A stretch of 64,000 bases of DNA from Eledone cirrhosa. Taxonomy: Eukaryota. Every line of letters begins with the position of its first letter. Positions within the stretch are counted from its first letter, which is position 1. The notes beneath the pieces are model-generated. The model had not been told where the DNA came from. It ran no database searches and saw nothing but the letters and a program-made list of their open reading frames with translations. The stretch covers positions 76,508,001 to 76,572,000 of the forward strand of contig OZ024743.1 of assembly GCA_964016885.1 (NCBI GenBank), read 5' to 3'. The position numbers and the translations under genes are program-made. Below, in pieces: positions 56,130-64,000 of this stretch.

Positions 56130-59100
56130 TCTGTCTCAAGCCAAGGGGTTCTTTAGGCCGGTGCTTATCCCGGTTTAGTGGTCTGAAGGTACTGAGAGTA
56201 CATGACTACCCCCTAAACAGGACGTCATTCCATCGAAGGGCTAAACTTTGTCTAAAGCCAAGAGACGCGTCAGGCTGGTAGTTGTCCCGGTTTCGTAGCG
56301 TGAAGCGACCGAGAGTACACGACTTCCCCAGACCATCGCAGGGTTAAACCCTCACCTATTGCTGCAGGTGCTCAATTTCCGCTGAGTATACTGGAGCAAC
56401 GTGAAATGAAGTGAGAGAAAAACAGAGGAAAATTCGACCCCAGTACTAGACTGGTAGTTTATTATCGACCTCAAAAGGATGAAAGGCAAAGTTGACCTCG
56501 GTGGGGTTTGAACTCAGAGAGCACAACTCATAGATACAGTATAGTTTATTAAATCTACTTAAATATATTACAGTTACTTATTCCAGCTAAGGTGGGTCCT
56601 TTTGTGTCAACCTGTTTGAAATAGCAGCTGAATTATTTTAAATCCCACACTGCCATCTTAAAAGAAAAAGGATTAATAGACTACACTATATTTAATAGAC
56701 TATACTATATTTAATAGACTATACTATATTTAATAAACTATACTATATCTCTGAGTTCAAACCCCGCCGAGGTACTGAAAAATACTAACGAAATAGGATT
56801 GTCCCGTCTTTTATCGTATGTGTGCTTCAACAGAACTGACTGGATTTAATAAATATCAATTACAAATAATTCCAATCAAGCACTAAATGAGGGTTAAGGT
56901 GGTTAGTGTTCCGAGACATGAGCGCCACCTGGTTTTAAATGCCCAAGATACGCCGTGTGGAAAAACGGTGCCCCAACGACTCCACAGAGAGTTAAGGGCT
57001 TTTACTTTTGGTCCCGTAACTCCCGAGGAACGTCGTTTCTAGAGCATTATTAAACCTGATGGAGCTCATTCCTCTTCAGCAATACAACAGATTTCTTCCA
57101 GAGAAGGATAGAGATTGTGAGAGAGCACATGAGAAAGAGATATAGAGGAAGAATCGACTTCAATATTTAACTGATACTTTTTATTGACCTCGGAAGGATG
57201 AAAGACAAAGTTGACTTGAGCAGGATTTGAACTCAGTGAGCAGAGTCGAAACTAATAGCAATCTATCCGATGTTCTAACGACTCTGCCAACTCACAACCT
57301 ATGGGCTTTTTACCCTTACCTAAATAATTGTTTCTAATTTTGGCACAAAGCCAGGAATTTGTTTTTTTTTTGGGGGGGGGGGGGGTTCGATTATATCTTT
57401 GGTAGTTTATTTTATCGACCCCGGAAGGATGAGATTGCGAAGCTGACCTAGGCGGGATTTGAACTCAGAACTCAGGGCCGTAACTATATGCTACAAAGCA
57501 ATTTATCCGACGTCTGATGATTCAACTTCTCCACCGTCCCACAAGCATTGAATAATAAAAGACATCAGTGGAAATAATACTATTCAGCTGGAACATCCTA
57601 TAGACCTTGTTCAAGTACTTAAAACCCGTGAATGACACTGGTATTGTATGTATGGTCTCGTAACTCCCGGGGGAGTCGTGGAGGTTGGGGGGGGGGGGCT
57701 GTATTGATATACGGCGTTTCTGGAGTATTTTAAAACTTGGTAGAGCCCATCTACTCTCCAGGTCTGAATACTGCAGATTTCTTCCAGAGAAGGATAGAGA
57801 GAGTGAGAGAGAGGACTTGAGAAAGAGGTATTACTCTTTTACCTGTTTCAGCCATCCGGCTGAGGCCATGCTGAGGAAGAATCGACCCCAGTATTTGACT
57901 GGTATTTTTTTTATCGACCTTGAATAGATGAAAGGCAAAGTTGGCCTCAGCGAGATTTGAACACGGAATACTGACGTTGTTCAAATTAATATATAGATAA
58001 TGTTTGAATACAGCAGATTTCAACCAGAGAAGAGAGAATGAGATATAGAGGGAGAATCGACCCCCCAGTACATGTTTATTGACCTTAATTGGATAAAAGG
58101 CAAATTTGACCTCGCTGGAATTTGAACTCAGAGAGCAGAGAGTCGAAACAAATATCGCAAAACATTTTATCTGACGTTTTAACGACTCTCCCAATTCGTC
58201 GCCATGAATGACACTGCTACACACTGGAAACCAGACTGTCATCTAGCCAAACGCTACATATGATTTTCTGACAAAATACTTCCAACCCCAAAGTTTATCA
58301 AATGTACAGTGAATGCATTTATTATGCTTTGAAGGTCCTGTCAGAAGCAACCGTTTCTTTAACAGCTGAAGCAGTAACTGAAATATTTTGGTTGTTTATC
58401 CCCAGGTCAGCTATCATGTTATATTAGGACGGTGTGTTGGTAAAGTCATTAAAACATCAGATAGAATGTTCTGCGTTAATCGTTCCGACTCTTTGTACTC
58501 AGAGTTCAAATCCCACTAACGTCACCTTTGTACTCAGAGTTGAAACCCACCGACGTCACCTTTGTACTCAGAGTTCAAATCTCCCCGACGTCACCTTTGA
58601 GCTCAGAGTTCAAATCCCACCAATCTCACCTTTGAGCTGAGAGTTCAAATTCCACCAATCTCACCTTTGAGCTCAGAGTTCAAATCTCACCAACGTCACC
58701 TTTGAACTCAGAGTCAAATCCTGCCAATTTAGACCTCAGAATCTTACTGGTACTTTATTTTATCGACCCCGTAAGGATGAAAGGCAAAGATAACCTCGGC
58801 GGGATTTGAACTCAGAAGGCGGCAACTCTATGCTGCAAAGCAGGGTGTCCTACGCTCTACCGATACTGCCAATCCACCGCCCCTACCAACCAACCGCCCT
58901 AAAATGAAGTAATTGTTTCTACTTTTGGCACAAGGCCAGCAATTACTCAGTACATTACTGGTACTTTATTTTATCGACCACGTAAGGATGAAAGGCAAAG
59001 TTAACCTTGGCGGGATTTGAACTCAGACCATAAAGGGCCGTAACTCTTTACTGCAAAGCATGGCGTCCGACTCTCTACTGATACTGCCAATCCACCGCCC

Positions 59101-59130
59101 CAACCAACCAACCGCCCTAAAATGAAATAA
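56130..59130. mobile_element. Dense cluster of SINE copies in both orientations
   Basis: The core ATGAAAGGCAAAGTTGACCTCGG..GGATTTGAACTCAG recurs at about 56480, 57200, 57430, 57930, 58095, 58780 and 58990. Confidence 0.75.
58495..58725 (+). repeat. Seven tandem ~35-bp copies of the SINE B-box segment
   Basis: AGAGTTCAAATC-like words at 58501, 58536, 58570, 58605, 58640, 58675 and 58710. Confidence 0.85.
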
Positions 59131-59365
59131 TGCCATCATTATATGCTAGACGTGTCAGAATCCATAATTGATGTGGAGTTAGGTATGAAATAGAGTCTTG
59201 TTAAGTGAGTCATTGATAAGATGTATTTATGCATTAACACTATCTTGTTTGCAATGTTTACGACTTGATATGGACAACTGCAGAAGAAATACTTGTGTAC
59301 TCTGCTACAAAACAACAAGACTTTCCTAGCTTTTAATTTTCTCAGACTCTCTCATTCCCTCCCTC

Positions 59366-59438
<73 letters not shown>

Positions 59439-59471
59439 TATATATGTATGTGTGTGTGTGTGTGTGTAAAG

Positions 59472-59512
<41 letters not shown>

Positions 59513-59815
59513 CCTTTCTCTGCTCGTTGGTTTTCTACTCGCCTTCTCTTCTCCCAACTGAAATACGTCAGCAATATGGTGGGAGAGATCGCTTTAAAAT
59601 ATTCCCTATCAAGATTAGGGGCGGTAGCAACAGGATAGAAGACGTTTGGGGTCAAATGACATAGATAGTTTCAAGATTTGCTTCAGTTGAAATGTTGATG
59701 TCATCAATTGATTGTCAGTAAACAAACAGAAGCGAGCTTCATACGAAATCTCAGTTATCAAAGCAATATAACGAGTCAATCCGAGGAGTGGGCATCATTT
59801 GGTTTGTTGTTTAGT

Positions 59816-59998
59816 TTAACCCTTTAGTATTTACATTTCTCTATAAAAACTGGTGTATTTTGATGGTAAACACTTTATTTCACATAATATCTCACATAAT
59901 ATCGAATCTACGATATTTTGATATTATTTATTTTGAGAACAATACCTTAACATCAGTATGAGTGGCCAGTTACGGCTGGTTTGAACAGAAAGTGGTGA
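59816..59998. mobile_element. Possible piggyBac-type MITE relic
   Basis: Begins TTAA CCCTTTAG. The right end is degenerate. Confidence 0.25.
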
Positions 59999-60097
59999 GA
60001 GAGTTCTGGTAAATTAGCAATCATGAAACCACAGAAGACAATCATAGTAATGTAGTCGTCTAAAATGTGTTAGTCACGTGTCTCATTACACTGCCAA

Positions 60098-63000
60098 TCT
60101 CACTGTCGCCGACACCTGACAGTGTTAGTCTCGTCACACTGTCGCCGTCACCTGACACTGTTAGTCTCGTCACACTTTCACCGTCACCTGACAGCGTTAG
60201 TCTCGTCACACTGTCACCGTCACCTGAGAGCGTTAGTCTCGTCACACTGTCACCGTCACCTGACAGCGTTAGTCTCGTCACACTGTCACCGTCACCTGAC
60301 AGCGTTAGTCTCGTCACACTGTCACCGTCACCTGACAGTGTTAGTCTCGTCACACTGTCAGCGTCACCTGACAGTGTTAGTCTCGTCACACTGTCACCGT
60401 CACCTGACAGTGTTAGTTTCGTCACACTGTCACCGTCACCTGACAGTGTTAGTCTCGTCACACTGTCGCCGTCACCTGACAGTGTTAGCCTCGTCACACT
60501 GTCACCGTCATCTGACAGTATTAGTCTCGTCACACTGTCACCGTCACCTGACAGTATTAGTCTCGTCACACTGTCACTGTCACCTGACAGTGTTAGTCTC
60601 GTCACACTGTCACCGTCACCTGACAGTGTTAGTCTCGTCACACTGTCACCGTCACCTGACAGTATTAGTCTCGTCACACTGTCACTGTCACCTGACAGTG
60701 TTAGTCTCGTCACACTGTCACCGTCACCTGACAGTGTTAGTCTCGTCACACTGTCACCGTCACCTGACAGTATTAGTCTCGTCACACTGTCACTGTCACC
60801 TGACAGTGTTAGTCTCGTCACACTGTCACCGTCACCTGACAGTGTTAGTCTCGTCACACTGTCACCGTCACCTGACACTGTTAGTCTCGTCACACTATCA
60901 CCGTCACCTGACAGTGTTAGTCTCGTCACATTGTCACCGTCACCTGACAGTGTTAGTCTCGTCACACTGTCGCCGTCAATGACAGTGTTAGTCTCGTCAC
61001 ACTGTCACCGTCACCTAACAGTGTTAGTCTCGTCACATTGTCACCGTCACTTGACAGTGTTTGTCTCGTCACACTGTCACCGTCACCTGACAACGTTAGT
61101 CTCGTCACACTGTCACCGTCACCTGACAGTGTTAGTCTCGTCACACTGTCGCCGTCACCTGAAAACGTTAGTCTCGTCACACTGTCACCGTCACCTGACA
61201 GTGTTAGTCTCGTCACACTGTCACCGTCACCTGACAGTGTTAGTCTCGTCACACTGTCACCGTCACCTGACAACGTTAGTCTCGTCACATTGTCACCGTC
61301 ACCTGACAGTGTTAGTCTCGTCACACTGTCGCCGTCACCTGAGAGTGTTAGTCTCGTCGCACTGTCGCCGTCACCTGACAGTGTTAGTCTCGTCACACTG
61401 TCACCATCACCTGACAGCGTTAGTCTCGTCACACTGTCACCGTCACCTGACAGTGTTAGTCTCGTCACACTGTCGCCGTCACCTGACAGTGTTAGTCTCG
61501 TCACATTGTCACCGTCACCTGACAACCTTAGTCTCGTCACACTGTCGCCGTCATCTGACAGTGTTAGTCTCGTCACACTGTCGCCGTCACCTGACAGTGT
61601 TAGTCTCGTCACACTGTCACCGTCACCTGACAGTGTTAGTCTCGTCACACTGTCACCGTTACCTGACAGTGTTAGTCTCGTCACACTGTCACCGTCACCT
61701 GACAGTGTTAGTCTCGTCACACTGTCGTCGTCACCTGACAGTGTTAGTCTCGTCACACTGTCGTCGTCACCTGACAGTGTTAGTCTCGTCGCACTGTCGC
61801 CGTCACCTGACAGTGTTAGTCTCGTCACACTGTCACCGTCACCTGACAGTGTTAGTCTCGTCACACTGTCGCCGTCACCTGACAGTGTTAGTCTCGTCAC
61901 ACTGTCACCGTCACCTGACAGTGTTAGTCTCGTCACACTGTCGCCGTCACCTGACAGTGTTAGTCTCGTCACACTGTCGCCGTCACCTGACAGTGTTAGT
62001 CTCGTCACACTGTCGCCGTCACCTGACAGTGTTAGTCTCGTCACACTGTCGCCGTCACCTGACAGTGTTAGTCTTGTCACACTGTCGCAGTCACCTGACA
62101 ACGTTAGTCTCGTCACACTGTAGCCGTCGCCTGACAGTGTTAGTCTCGTCACATTGTCGCCGTCACCTGACAACGCTAGTCTCGTCACACTGTCACCGTC
62201 ACCTGACAGTGTTAGTCTCGTCACACTGTCGCCGTCACCTGACAGTGTTAGTCTCGTCACACTGTCACCGTCACCTGACAGTGTTAGTCTCGTCACACTG
62301 TCACCGTCACCTGACAGTGTTAGTCTCGTCACACTGTCGCCGTCACCTGACAGTGTTAGTCTCGTCACACTGTCACCGTCACCTGACAGTGTTAGTCTCG
62401 TCACACTGTCGCCGTCACCTGACAGTGTTAGTCTCGTCACATTGTCACCGTCACCTGACAGTGTTAGTCTCGTCACACTGTCACCGTAACCTGACAGTGT
62501 TAGTCTCGTTACACTGTAGCCGTCACCTGACAGTGTTAGTCTCGTCACATTGTCACCGTCACCTGACAGCGTTAGTCTCGTCACACTGTCACCGTCACCT
62601 GACAGTGTTAGTCTCGTCACACTGTCGCCGTCACCTGACAGTGTTAGTCTCGTCACACTGTAGCCGTCACCTGACAGTGTTAGTCTCGTCACACTGTCAC
62701 CGTCAACTGACAGTGTTAGTCTCGTCACACTGTCGCCGTCACCTGACAGTGTTAGTCTCGTCACACTGTCACCGTCACCTGACAGTGTTAGTCTCGTCAC
62801 ACTGTCGCCGTCTCTTGACAGTGTTAGCCTCGTCACACTGTCACCGTCATCTGACAGTATTAGTCTCGTCACACTGTCGCCGTCACCTGACAGTGTTAGT
62901 CTCGTCACACTGTCACCGTCACCTGACAGTGTTAGTCTCGTCACACTGTCACCGTCACCTGACAGTGTTAGTCTCGTAACACTGTCACCGTCACCTGACA

Positions 63001-64000
63001 GTGTTAGTCTCGTCACACTGTCGCCGTCACCTGACAGTGTTAGTCTCGTCACACTGTAGCCGTCACCTGACAGTGTTAGTCTCGTCACACTGTAGCCGTC
63101 ACGTGACAGTGTTAGTCTCGTCACATTGTCACCGTCACCTGACAGTCTTAGTCTCGTCACACTGTCACGGTCACCTGACAGTGTTAGTCTCGTCACACTA
63201 TCACCGTCACCTGACAGTGTTAGTCTCGTCACATTGTCACCGTCACCTGACAGTGTTAGTCTCGTCACACTGTCGCCGTCAATGACAGTGTTAGTCTCGT
63301 CACACTGTCACCGTCACCTGACAGTGTTAGTCTCGTCACATTGTCACCGTCACTTGACAGTGTTAGTCTCGTCACACTGTCACCGTCACCTGACAACGTT
63401 AGTCTCGTCACACTGTCACCGTCACCTGACAGTGTTAGTCTCGTCACACTGTCGCCGTCACCTGAAAACGTTAGTCTCGTCACACTGTCACCGTCACCTG
63501 ACAGTGTTAGTCTCGTCACACTGTCACCGTCACCTGACAGTGTTAGTCTCGTCACACTGTCACCGTCACCTGACAGTGTTAGTCTCGTCACACTGTCACC
63601 ATCACCTGACAACGTTAGTCTCGTCACATTGTCACCGTCACCTGGCAGTGTTAGTCTCGTCACACTGTCGCCGTCACCTGAGAGTGTTAGTCTCGTCACA
63701 CTGTCGCCGTCACCTAACAGTATTAGTCTCGTCACACTGTCACTGTCACCTGACAGTGTTAGTCTCGTCACACTGTCGCCGTCACCTGACAGTGTTAGTC
63801 TCGTCACACTGTCACCGTCACCTGACAGTATTAGTCTCGTCACACTGTCACTGTCACCTGACAGTGTTAGTCTCGTCACATTGTCACCGTCACCTGACAG
63901 TGTTAGTCTCGTCACACTGTCGCCGTCACCTGAGAGTGTTAGTCTCGTCACACTGTCGCCGTCACCTGACAGTGTTAGTCTCGTCACATTGTCACCGTCA
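60098..64000. repeat. 36-bp satellite of at least 3.9 kb, running off the window end
   Basis: Unit CTGACAGTGTTAGTCTCGTCACACTGTCACCGTCAC with the internal inverted repeat TGACAGTGT/ACACTGTCA. Confidence 0.98.

Noticed and set aside
60060-63987. Long ORFs (970, 768 and 361 aa) as repetitive proteins
   Set aside because: They are open on both strands and in several frames only because the 36-bp unit lacks stops. They contain frameshifts and have no unique domains or splice evidence.

Overview
This is AT-rich, repeat-saturated animal genomic DNA. The (TA)n/(CA)n/(CATA)n density and tRNA-headed SINEs suggest a coleoid cephalopod such as Octopus (inference). The only host coding sequence I can support is the last coding exon of a Wnt7-type gene (32023-32505, +). 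I found no upstream Wnt exon, so the first 32 kb is probably one large intron. The rest consists of three large satellite arrays (40/42-bp, 15-bp, 36-bp), minisatellites, many SINE copies and decayed non-LTR retroelements (CRE-like RLE, L1/Tx1, RTE). The main hidden signal is about ten minimal type I hammerhead ribozyme motifs from roughly five unrelated families. They have the pattern stem I-CUGANGA-stem II-GAAA-palindromic stem III-NUH-stem I'. They sit in short elements embedded in (TA)n tracts, often with inverted duplications. A Penelope-like reverse transcriptase fragment with the same inverted architecture lies at 19636-19800, which points to a microsatellite-targeting Penelope-like/retrozyme-like system. 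One family carries a compensatory U3-A8 core. All structures were read by eye, repeat boundaries are approximate, and no ribozyme activity is demonstrated. Almost all ORFs in the supplied track are repeat artefacts.
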